From positions 35,464,001-35,528,000 of the forward strand of contig OZ260667.1 of the NCBI GenBank assembly GCA_965285935.1: a DNA stretch of 64,000 bases, written 5' to 3'. The notes beneath the pieces are model-generated. The model did not search any database. It saw only the letters and a list, made by a program, of their open reading frames with translations, and was not told the DNA's origin. Shown here in pieces: positions 1-11,700 of this stretch; position 1 is the first letter of the stretch, and each line of letters opens with the position of its first letter. The position numbers were made by a program, and so were the translations under genes. Origin of the DNA: Ophelia neglecta (lineage: Eukaryota).

Positions 1-410
1 GCACATCTGTATTATCATCTAGTGCAGAAATTTGTGTACATTTTTTCATGAATCCTGGTCTTTTACCAAAAACCTGTACCTGCAATTTTCAGATTTTACA
101 GTAACTAGTACATTTTTAAACCTAAAAACCCTGCTCTGTCTAGATATAATGTGGCAGGGGCTAGGTAAAACAATAACAACAAGCCTTTACGGTACAAATA
201 GTTTATTTACAATTAAATAATGTTGCACTAATGGAAGAAATAAGCATCATGGGTTCTAATATATCACAGGCAAATAGTGAACTATGCACAGTACTTTATA
301 GAACACTTTTTTTTTTGCAAAAGCACCCATGTAATTTTACTCTGTATTATTTCTCAGACATGATATTATGCCCCTCTTTACAAGTTGAGTTAATAAGGAG
401 TATTTGTTCA

Positions 411-3400
411 TTACGTCGGAGGACCATGTGTTTGGCATTCTGCAGGTGGCTCTCCAGATAAACAGAGCCGGCTATTAAGTAATGTAATGACCTCTTCTAA
501 AGAAGACTCCGGAACCTGAAAAGAGCAGTATATGACTTTATTTATTTCTAAATTATTCAGGAAATTGGACCTGAAGAAGTATCCATGCCAATCAAAAATG
601 AATTAAGTTTTATGTGCTGAAGCCACATAGCCATTCCCATAATTTACAATATCATCCAGTAATCCAATAGAGCACTAATGTTAAAATCAAATGGATAGCA
701 GTCAATAGACTCAATACAACTAGGAGAAATCTGAAATTGATTGTTCAGTGATGTCTGCCACAGTGTAGGGCCGTAGGCCTACACAGAACATTTGTCAACC
801 CTTGAGCCTGTAAGATATAAATGTTGATGATGTAGGAAAATGTGAATGAGGGGCTAGTGTGACTTGTGTACCCAACTCATATGTCAAGGCAATAAATATC
901 ACATTTATACACTTTAATTTGCACATTTAGTTCTTTACAAATGCATTGAAGCAAGAAGGGGGAATTTAATTTACTGAAGTAGTATTATGAAATCCTCAAT
1001 GCTTGCATATTGAGTCTTAGACTCCCCAAATGTGGCCGAGATAGAGACATAAATTATGTACCAGACAAATATAATAAAACAAATACTGGCTTGTTTTACT
1101 GAAGCAATATGGGCAATATGGGCCTACCACAAATCATATTTTTCTTGAACTTACATCCTTGAAAATATCACTTGTATCAAGAAATTGCGCCATATTGCCT
1201 CGCCCGGAAAGCTAATATTTGTGTCATACCGTACAGGTTTTCTACAGTGCGAATTACTACTTACCATTGTATAGCCAGCAAAGAATGAACTTAAATAATA
1301 CTCTTCAATGTTTGCATCAGCTATCGGACTTGAAACCTGGGCAACAATACCGTATTCACCTAGATGGAACCAAAGGTTGATGTTTGTATAGTGAATTTGG
1401 TTCCATCATTATTCCAACTGAGTCAGACAAAGAAATATGATAATCTTGATACATAGAGAACAGCTTTGTTCATTCTGTCAAAAAGCACATACTTGTAGGG
1501 CATTTTCCCTGCAATGTACACCACTGAGTGACCCGCAATCAGCCTGTACCAATATGTGTATCTGCAGTGTTGCCTATTTTCAAGCTTGAAAATGCAGGTA
1601 ACTGCCCTTTCCTAAGGTTTTGAATGATCAAAATGAAACATTTGCTGTGGAGTAATCATCGGCCCCCCTTCAAAGTGGCAGTTCACATAATAATCAACTC
1701 TTGTGGTATGCAAAAAGTACCACATCTACGGCATATAATTGTTATGGCGACTGGTTGGACTGAATAATTTAGGTTGAAGCATTGGCTACAAGTTAAATCA
1801 GATTGTCATTGATTTTTCTGTCAATCACTCAGTATGGAATAATTAAAGTTTATACACAGCATATACAGGTCAGCAAACTTACCAAAGTATAATCTTTATA
1901 GAAGACACTTATGTAGTACTCTAAGATGTGGGCATCTGCTATGGGGTCAGATATTTGGGCAACAATACCACATTCGCCTGGCAATGAAAATAACTTCCCA
2001 ATATAAGAAATTTAACAGTTTAATTTTACTTATTTTCAGGTTTGGCTTTCATTTTTTGAAACATTGGTTTACAACCCCAGCAATATGCAGCAGCAAAGCT
2101 AAACCCAAAAATAAATTTGACGGTCTAAAAACAGAAAGGGTACAAGTTCAATATCAAAGGCTGACCATAAATTATGTTCAGACTGGCAGACATGGCTATT
2201 ATTATGGTTAAGCCAAAATCTCTCTAACGACTTAAGCCATGTAGTATGGTTATGCTCATGATAACATGAACTATATTCATTTGTATTTAGGCAGGGATGA
2301 ATTAACAATACATATTTATGCAGTAAAGTGTGCTACTTTATATGTATCAAAATTACATATTTCTCACCTGCCCAACTCTTACATTTACATGTTTATCTTC
2401 ATTTAACCCAGTGGGTTTTTTTTCAACTGGAGAAGTTTGTGAACCAAGGAATTTAAAAAAATGATTGCCTCAACATTCAGCCTACAACTTGTATTATGGG
2501 TATACCTCAGTGGTTCAGGGAATGGGATTCACATGCTATTAGTAATTAATATTTATATTATTATTATTACCGGTATTATATATTTTATTCAAACTTTCCT
2601 TTTAACTATGAGACATTCTTCCTATTGTATGTCTAATGCCTGTCACCTGTGCCCATTCTTAGATTAATATCCAATTTCAAACTTTCTATACAACAAACTG
2701 TAAAATATTAAAGTACTGAACTACTTTTGAATAAAGCAATTAGAATGAACACTTTTTGCTACAAGGACAGTTAAATTTATACAATAGTACTGGTTATACT
2801 TTGTTGAAAAAGGTCTGAAAAACAAAGAAATGGAACCTCTATCACCATAAGGACATACTGCCCAGGAGCTTACCAGACGTATTAGTGACAACATGCAGAT
2901 CACGTTAAATGATAGAATATTGATAATAAAGTGCACACAGAGAACCTACATGCTCTTGTGGTCATAACGCAAAAAGAACTGCACCGGTGTGTCTACTTTC
3001 AACTATTGTGTTTTTGTAAGTCCAGTGTTCTGGGTGCATGAAAGCATTTTATCTCTATTTCAAACTGTCTAAATTTGCATATTATTTCATCTACTTTTTA
3101 TCATGCAATCTTATTTACATATTTTGAGCATAGCAATAAAACATCCATGGTATTTAATAACTGCATTTTCCCATCTTCCTAAACTGGACTGATCAATGGG
3201 CAATTCACATACGAGTTATTAAGTGAGACCGCCATGGGACTGTTAGTTGGCAACATAGTGGAAAGTGAGCCCTTTTCCATTGTTACAATGGCAGGTGTAA
3301 AAGAAATAGGTCTACTGCAAAGTTACTGAAAGTTGCCAGTCTTGATGAAGAGCAGTGAGCAGCCACAATTGAATAAATGGCCAGGCCAAATGTTTGTAGG

Positions 3401-6400
3401 GTGTCTAAACATATACTAATATATTAATCTTATTTGGTTTATATAATGTTCATATCACTGCTCTCAATAAACCCTGGCACCATTCTGTAAATCCTTCCCC
3501 ATAGCAAAAATGTCACATCACAATTGTACTCATGTTTACTTTATTGAAAAACTAGGAATAGAAAAGGATCAAATTAAAATACAAAGAGAAACATGTAGAA
3601 ACATAGAAGTGATGGGGTAACTGCTAACAAGTTAGTGTAACAAAGGGACATCAATCAGTATTAAATAAATGAGTCAACAGGAATTAATATTTCACAAGTA
3701 TTGAGAATTACAAAATTTCATGAATTTCCAGAATAATTAGTTTTCATTTTACTCAAAATTTTGAGTTTCTAGGGTACTACATTACAAAGTCATGGGTCGA
3801 GATTTATCATAAGTGGAAAAATGAACTGTGCTTCCCATAAATACTCACTAAACCCTAAGTCATCATGACTTCCCCCTATCTTGATCATTCGCCATGACCC
3901 TTCTGCTGTGTATATGGAATTTTCTGGAAACCTAGTCAATGAAAAACATGTTCAGCATGATTTCCAAATTAAGTGCATCCATATCAGACATAAGACTGAA
4001 TTTGAACTATTTTGATTGTCAGATTTAATCATTCCATAAATCACATTTGGAGGGATACAGTCAAACTATAAAGGTTGTTAGAAATGCATACCCTCCACCT
4101 GTTACATGTATAGTACACATGTGTCACAAGGTTCACCCCTTCTCTAATGAATTCACACTCTTTAACATGTCACTATATTCATTGCACTATTACTGCTTTT
4201 TCCTTTCAGTTCAACATCTTTCCAGTCAATACTGGTACATTTTTGGTGCTGGTTTGAGAAGTGGAAATATGGGGAGGAAATATTACAGACAGAAATGTTG
4301 GCAATTTCTGTAAATTTTACATTTAAAACAAGTTAAATTTTACAACAGCATTTCTAGTTCCCCAGATTATGCAGGATGTGAGACAAATTAAGATAGGATA
4401 AAACTTACTCATTTATAACTATTTTATTTCTAAACTACTTGTCCTTCTATACAATACAATAAAATAGTACTTGAAACCAATTTATATTTACCTTGAAACT
4501 GCATCAGAATCTAAGACTAAAGTGATGTCACCATCTACATTTGAATAGGAGAAAAAGTGTTCCTTTTCACAGTGTGTAGTTCCAAAGCTATAAAGAAGGC
4601 AATTTATGTTTTCATCAGATAACTGTGCTGCACGGCCCTTATCTCCAGTACATGTGGGTTATGATGTGTTAAAGGGAGGATTGTCTAAAAAATATGTTGC
4701 AGTGTATGAATGTACCATATGCACTATTTGATACACCATTTGTAACTATATTGAAGCAGATGAAAATCTAAATGGAATGATTATATTTGATATTGATGCT
4801 AATACTGCTATTTTATCTTTATTACAAGTTACATACCATTTTGGATAAAACAGTTGTTCTATAAGGGCAAGTCCTGCTAAATGAAGATTGTCTTTGTCTA
4901 AGCTTGTGATGTGAAATTTGTTCTTTGGTTCTGAGAATGCATGTGTTATAGGTCTATGTTGTGTGTGACCTACAAAGATAAGAATGCATAATACAGAATG
5001 CATAATACACAGAAATATAATACAATCAATATATGCTACTGTGGGAGGGACAGTCTGTGAATATTTAAAGAGCCATCCTACTTTACAAAACAAATAAAAG
5101 GGGTTAAATCAGAGGGCAGATTTTGATGCCCCCCTTCCTGAACTTGAATTACATTATAAGCTATCCAAATCCCATATTATCCCTATTTGATTACAATCCT
5201 TACAATGTTTGATAATTTTATTTGCCCCTGGCCCATGCCCATGTTAGTTTTAAAAAGCCCCCCCCCCCCCATATGCCTTATATCTTTTATCAGAATAGCC
5301 CATTCACAACTTAAATAATGGTTTGAATTAAGACATTATATATTGGGATCTCACTGAAGTTAATCAGAAATATACCAAAGACTCAGGTTTCAAAGACTCC
5401 TGACGATTACCCTCTTAATGTTATGACACTTAATACCAGCACTGACAGAGACCTTACCTGGCAGCAGTTCTTGTAAGTCTCTTTTGTCTAATGGCACTGT
5501 TGTGGCAGTGTCTACTTTGACAAAGTCTGATTTGGTGGATAGGGCTTGGATAGCTTTTTCTATATCAGACTCTTCAACCTGCATATGAATATAAATAATG
5601 ATAGTTGTTTGAAGTACTTGCAATTTATAATAAATCAGTAACTATTACCAAATGGTATAAACCCAACAGGCCTTTTTAAAGGAATATCCTTAAAGGATCA
5701 GGAATTTAATATCTATTTAATATATATTACAGATTCAAACAGGAAAGCTAGAATATCCTTTCCGTAAACTGATTTAACTGAAATCATAATTATATAATTT
5801 CTTTGCAATGTTTGGTTATTTTATCAAACTTACCAGTATATAGTCTGTTTGATATGAAGAAAGACAAAATACAGATATTTGTGCATCTGCTAAAGGAATT
5901 ATCAATGACTTGGCTATGTTTGAAATCCCTGACACTTTGACAGAGGAATATGCCCCTGCAGACACGCTGAGGGGAACCCAAGTACCCAGGGCAGTGTGTT
6001 CTGCTACATTCTGGATGACATCTATAAAAAAAACATTAATTTATAGATGTGTATCACATGAATCATACATTTTTTAATCTTTTATCGGATCTTGTCCTTT
6101 TATCTAATATCAATTATATCTTCCACTTGGAGGGGTGAAGCCAAGATGAAAATACTATCCTACACCCAACCCACCTTTTAAATGGAAAAGCCACCATACA
6201 GCTCAAAGATAAAAACAACATATATTAACGGGGTAGTTACTTTTATCACTTGTCTCAATACACAAGACATAAACACATAATTGTGATTACACCATGTAAC
6301 AGGGGCAATTCTTCTGTGATTTTGCTGTAAATTAATAATTCTTGTAAAGAAGACTTTCAAAGAATGAACAGCTAAACCATGCGCAACTTACCTGTAAATA

Positions 6401-8580
6401 TATTCTTGTCTATTACAAGGGTATAGTTATCACAGGTCTCAGTTAATGTAAAAAACCTGCACCTGAAATATTGGCAGTCAATATTTAATATGCATCTACA
6501 TTTGTATATGTTATTCTTCTTTAAAACTTAAATTACAAAACATGGGAAACATCTTAATGCAGTAGACAATGAAATGACCTGGTCACTTGGTATGCTTGGT
6601 TTCTCAATGAAAAAAAGGGTTTAGAAATGCAAACCCCCCACCCATTGAAAATGATGGTAAATCTATTGTCGGACAGTCCACTTCTGTAAAGCTTTTAAAC
6701 GCCAAGGGCAATTTTGAGAACTGGATAATGTGTGGCTTTAGATAAGTTCCCATGTATTTTTAGTCTCGAGCTGCTAAAATAAATGCTATATTCATGATTT
6801 GGAATTTTGAACTTCAAAATTGAAACCAAGGTCTAATTGGAGAACTCATTGACAACTGAATGAGTAAAATATGGTCTTCAATGGGTTCCCAATGTACTTC
6901 TAGGTTGTAACAAAGCTAAAACAAAGGCTTTATTCATAATTTTTGTAACTGAACACACAGGATAAATGTGAGAACTTAGTTTGATAAGATATGTGATTTT
7001 GCATACACTCTGACTCTCCATATTCTTCTAGGCTCTTGCTTCTGCATTAAGGCTATAATCATCAGTGTGCGAATTTAACGATAGACAGATAGACAATGTC
7101 TATAGAAAAAAAAAGGCACGGTCTAAGAAGTCTCTTATTTCCTCAGACCAATTGTCTATAACAAAATTCATGTTTATTGTGCAGTAAACCAATTTATCCC
7201 GACGTAACCTGTAAACTGCGGTAAAGTCTGTGTTATGAAATATGCCATCATGCCAGAACCTATTTCCGGTAAACTTAGCGACATCTAAATGTGATAAATA
7301 CGTATTTGAAACAACACAATGTAGTACTACTTCTTGTAGGTCCAGAACATCAAATGTTGCAGGCTAGTAGTGTACGTTTGTGACAGTTGTAAATTGGTTC
7401 CCGGTTTCCGGCGTAATTTTGCTGATGTCATACCGCGCCAGCAGAAGAATGTTATTTTTTAAGATATGTGAGTGGAGCAAACCCGGGGGAGCAAAGCCTG
7501 GCCAGGCAGTGAAAAGTGAACAAATAAATAAGATAAAATATTATTTTACTTATTCATTTTCACTGTTAAAGAGTCCATAACATTACTACATTACAGCTTT
7601 TTACACGCCCACAGAAATCTTATCTTCTGCAGATTTGGTCTATGAAAATGTGTAAAGGTCTATAAACTTTTCATTTTTCATAGACCACTTGTCTACAAAG
7701 CTAAAAAGTTAATGTCACACACTGAATCATGATTTTATCAATTTGTTCTAGAAAAATGAGGGTCTGAAGGTCAAATCTGATAATGCCATTAGAATAGCAA
7801 TACATATGCTCCCAGTACATGTTGAAAGCCTAATTGCTAAAATAAAGAAGTTCCATCATGCATGAGCAATTAGGCCTACTATGTTTTAATAATGCATACC
7901 TTCGCATTGGCACCAACCTTAACTAGCTTATGTCCATCCACCAGAGTCTCATCCCTGTTAATTTCAGCTTTGCAACTACAGTGAAACCTGTGAATTAAGG
8001 CCACCCAAGGGACTGGAAAACACTGGTCTGATTTCAGAGGTGGTCTGTTTAGACATGTTTTTAACATTGAAAGCATACAGCATGGTCCTCATATTAGTGG
8101 CCTGAATTTGCAGGTGGTCTGATTATAGAGGTGGTCTTTAAGGCAGGTTTCAGTGTATTATACTTTTGCTGCAGAGAGCACACAAACTTTTACAATATAT
8201 GAATAGCTGCTATTAAACTTTTGGCTATTGGAATTTTATTAAAAGTGCTTAAAACGATTATACTTTGGCTGCAGTGCAAACAAAATTATATATATTTGAA
8301 TTTTTTTTAATACCTGATGTAGTATAGGCAAAAGTGTCCAAAATACTACTTGGAAAAAACACCAAACACGCTAGTAGTATTAACCAATCAAACAAGGAAA
8401 GCTTCAATGTACCAAGTAGGCCTGTGTAACTAGTATAGGGTTTTGCCTGCAAAACTGAATTCTGTCTTACTCTGAATTGCCGAGCATTCCAATCCTGACT
8501 AGTTCATGCATACATCTGGCAATTTCTTGTTTTCTAATGGACGCTATCTTTAGCCTATGATCCAAAACATTCAAGTCCAT
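411..8580 (-). CDS. CASTOR1: CASTOR/GATSL-family ACT-domain protein (cytosolic arginine sensor for mTORC1), spliced, about 333 aa per isoform
   Basis: Exons (minus): 8580-8471 MDLNVLDHRLKIASI..., 6462-6392 CRFFTLTETCDNYTLVID, 6021-5834 ...IAKSLIIPLADAQISVFCLSSYQTDYIL, 5578-5458, 4969-4837, 4587-4492 HFFSYSNVDGDITLVLD, 3931-3849 WRMIKIGGSHDDLGF, then 1977-1883 OR 1359-1265, then 515-411 VPESSLEEVI...stop. All introns are GT-AG and phases close (1002 nt). Motifs match human CASTOR1 as recalled (CKFFSLTET, STYQTD, WRMVRIGG, ECGIVAQI). CASTOR1 versus CASTOR2 cannot be assigned for an invertebrate gene. Confidence 0.93.
1082..1219. mobile_element. Short degenerate MITE-like remnant
   Basis: Imperfect inverted ends: aatactggcttg...gaagcaatatgg at the left versus ccatattgcctcg...agctaatatt at the right. 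Confidence 0.3.
1265..1359 (-). CDS. CASTOR1: CASTOR alternative exon 8b (EYGIVAQVSSPIADANIEEYYLSSFFAGYTM)
   Basis: 95 nt, acceptor ttggttccatctag, donor ATG|gtaagt, phase 1 to 0, open frame; 20/31 aa identical to 8a; Gly at the position of human D304. Confidence 0.85.
1883..1977 (-). CDS. CASTOR1: CASTOR alternative exon 8a (ECGIVAQISDPIADAHILEYYISVFYKDYTL)
   Basis: 95 nt, acceptor ttttcattgccag, donor TTG|gtaagt, phase 1 to 0, open frame; keeps Asp at the position of human D304. Confidence 0.88.
7063..7724. mobile_element. Non-autonomous DNA transposon (hAT-like) in CASTOR intron 1
   Basis: Ends CAGTGTG...CACACTG, many subterminal tagac/gtcta motifs on both sides, CpG-rich interior; only a partial flank duplication (aatcat). 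Confidence 0.5.
7979..8155. mobile_element. Tc1/mariner (pogo/Tigger-like) MITE, copy 1
   Basis: TA|CAGTGAAACCTG...CAGGTTTCAGTG|TA; closely related copy at 49605-49782. Confidence 0.8.
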
Positions 8581-8707
8581 GATCCTGTGCTGAGCTGTCA
8601 GGACACAGGAAACCATTCCTCCGACGGTAAAATAATCCAGGTCAGCGAAAGAGTTTCAACGAAATTGCGTAACCAAACGCGGGACTTTGCGCGTTTCCGT
8701 GGTAAAT
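8581..8707. promoter_or_regulatory. Bidirectional promoter and 5' UTR region between CASTOR and RAD1
   Basis: 127 bp between divergent ATGs (8580 minus, 8708 plus); locally CpG-rich (aacgcgggactttgcgcgtttccg) in an otherwise CpG-poor window. Confidence 0.75.
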
Positions 8708-11700
8708 ATGTCTCTTTCTACTCAAGACGAAGAAGATGAGGATTACATATTGGTAGCCAAGTTAGATAATGCAAAAAATATGTCAAATATCCTGAAGGCA
8801 ATTCACTTTAAAGACGTAAGTTTCAAAGCAACAAAATCATCAGTAAAGTATATTATCGCTCACTCTAGTTGCGGCAACAAAATCTATATCAACAGAATAA
8901 AACTAGCAGTCACCCGTGGGCAACCACGGTGAATTGGGCAGAAGTTGAAAGTGTATTTGAGAAGAGCAGTTTTCATATGCGACTTACTTAGGGTGAGAAA
9001 AAAAGTGAAGGGGTAGATCTAAAAACTATGAAACTATTACTCATAAAAGTAGAGTTTTTTTAAAACTGTATTCCATTCATTCAAATCACAGGTACGCGAG
9101 CGGTAGGGGTAAACACCGAAACCGACCGAAACCGACCGAAACCGAGAAATGTGGACCGAAACCCTCTGAAACCGGGGCCAATCTGGTAGTTACTTGGTTG
9201 AATTGCTTATGGACGTGGGTAATATTTGTAGACGAACAATTTCCCAGGCGCTTGGCACGTCTGTTTTCTTTTTAGTATGCCAAAAAACAAATTTACGATG
9301 TAATGTGCGGACACCGACAGATCGGTGGCCATGACACTTCTAGCCCCCTGGTGGGGCCATCTGGTGGCGGTTTCGGTGTCGTGGAAATTGTCGTGGAGTC
9401 TCTGGCCAGTAGTGTTCAGCGATAAATACAGCATTTGCAACTTTATACCTATTCAGGGGTTTATAGGTACCTTAAACAGGTTTTAATATGATTGAAACTT
9501 ATGTAAGTCACGGAGCTGTCAAACTTTATCTGTCAAAATGCCTCAATGTTTACATCCGTTTACGTGTGAAAAGGGCACCAGAGGGCGGGACTCGCTGAAC
9601 ACTACTGGCCAGAGACTCCACGACAATTTCCACGACACCGCCACCAGAGGGCCCCACCAGGGGCTACAAGTGTCATGGCCACCGAACAGCCGATGTCCGC
9701 ACATTACATCGTAAATTTGTTTTTTGGCATACTAAAAAGAAAACAGACGTGCCAAGCGCCTGGGAAATTGTTCGTTTACAAATATTACCCACGTCCATAA
9801 GCAATTCAACCAAGTAACTACCAGATTGGCCCCGGTTTCAGAGGGTTTCGGTCCACATTTCTCGGTTTCGGTCGGTTTCGGTCGGTTTCGGTGTTTACCC
9901 TTACCCGTACGCGAGGCGTCTATCCCCTACTACCTATAGATAACTAAAGGTTTGCAACTTCGATGCTGCAGGGCCCGCAACTTAGTGGTCCAAGCTGTAC
10001 TTCGGGATATATTCACTCCAGCAGTGATTTTCGGCAGACAACGCCACTTTCAGGAAATAAAAGTATCACAAAAGCAACTAATTCGAACGTGTGTTCTTTT
10101 TGGTCCATAATGAAGCTGTCCCGATTAAAAGTAATCATATCCGAGCTACCCATTCATATTTTACCGAGTCTAAGTACGGCTCAAGCCATTGGAGACCGTC
10201 CATCTTTGTCAACAAGTCGGCGGCACCGGGCTCGACTCTGATGCGGCCGCTGATTGGTCAGACTCGTAACTTTAATATTTTTCCAAAATAAAATACTAGT
10301 AAATAAACCACTATTTCTTTTTTCGATGTGTTTGCCGATTCGGAATTTGTGTGCATAAATACAAAAACATAGAATGGGTAAATATTTTATAATAAGCATT
10401 TTATTACTGATCGCCGTGTATCATGGGATCGAACCGCCATCTTGAATGGAGACCTAACAACAACATTTTACGAACGATTCGGACATTTACCTGTTTACTT
10501 GTCTACTCATCTCCCTATTGCAAGGTGAAACTGTGTAAATATCAATACCCCCCCCCCCCCCTGTTAGAGATCGTATCAATTGCCTGCCCCCTCCCCCCCC
10601 CCCCACACACACACACACAGACATTCTGTCGACCTTCGTGTAATAAGTTGGCCAAAATAGGCTTGATTGATTTGATCAGAATCAATCAAATGAATGAATA
10701 GATTAATTGCAAATAGCTAAGAGACATTGTTGCCCCAGTAGACAGTGAAACGTCTGAGTGAAACCTGTGACAAACATTAGGTTAACGAGATTGACTTCAA
10801 TCTAGGTCGACCAATGGGCAATAGGCTATCTATGTACTACGTGGCTGCTGTATGTGGCGGGCCTGCCTGGTTACGCTGAAGATCGATCTTGACAGGCAAG
10901 CAACTTACCATTGATATTTGGCGAAAATTACTGAACGAGTGCCAGAAATGGCTCGAAATGGTATTAAAGTGGACTAAAACACACAAAGGGTTCGCATAGA
11001 TAATCATTGTTTGGAATTTATTGGCAAACATTGTTATGGCAGCCGAGAAACACGACTTAGACGCGATATCGGTGGCCTAATACTTGGACCGACAAGTTGG
11101 GAGTGTAGCGGTGGGGTGTTAACACTGGGCGCACAGCGAAGTTGCAAACCTTTAGTTATCTATAGGTAGTAGGGGATAGACGCCTCGCGTACCTGTGATT
11201 CAAATGGATAAAAGAAAAAAAGTCACACAGTCACAATATGAAAATATAGATAATGGCAACAAGTACAGGTTATCTTTAAAATGAATGGCAAATGACTGCA
11301 AATAACTCCATTCCCTACTATCCCATAAGAAAAAAAAGTTTAGTAAATTTGCCTTTTATTTTTATATATTTTTTTCTGTTTGAAACAGTAAGCAAATCGG
11401 TAAAATGTTCTCATGCAAATTAGGTATCTTATTAACTTATTTACTAAATTCCTCTTTTAACTGTTTTTCTAACTTGTTGCGAAAGATAAAAATAAATTGT
11501 ATTAATATCTATATAACATCATGAAGATGAAAGTATACAAACTTTTTATTCATGTTAGATTAACATAAAATTTCGCTACCTAGCACAATGTTTGATTTGC
11601 TACTACATTGTATGAATCCCCTGAACTAGCCATGGACAGTGCCTTCCCCCACTCCTACCCATCCCCATAATATTAATGACCACTCTCCTGCACCCACAGT

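Noticed and set aside
553-570. Alternative CASTOR terminal acceptor giving VQFPE-stop
   Set aside because: Only an AG-like context; the 515 acceptor gives the homologous VPE...EVI ending.
1978-3848. A third copy of the CASTOR pocket exon
   Set aside because: Manual scanning found no further GIVAQ-like exon with splice sites; a very diverged copy could have been missed.
9087-11197. ProtoRAG/Transib-like element because the TIR begins CACAG
   Set aside because: The TSD is 8 bp rather than 5 bp, there is no nonamer-like motif, and no RAG-like coding sequence.
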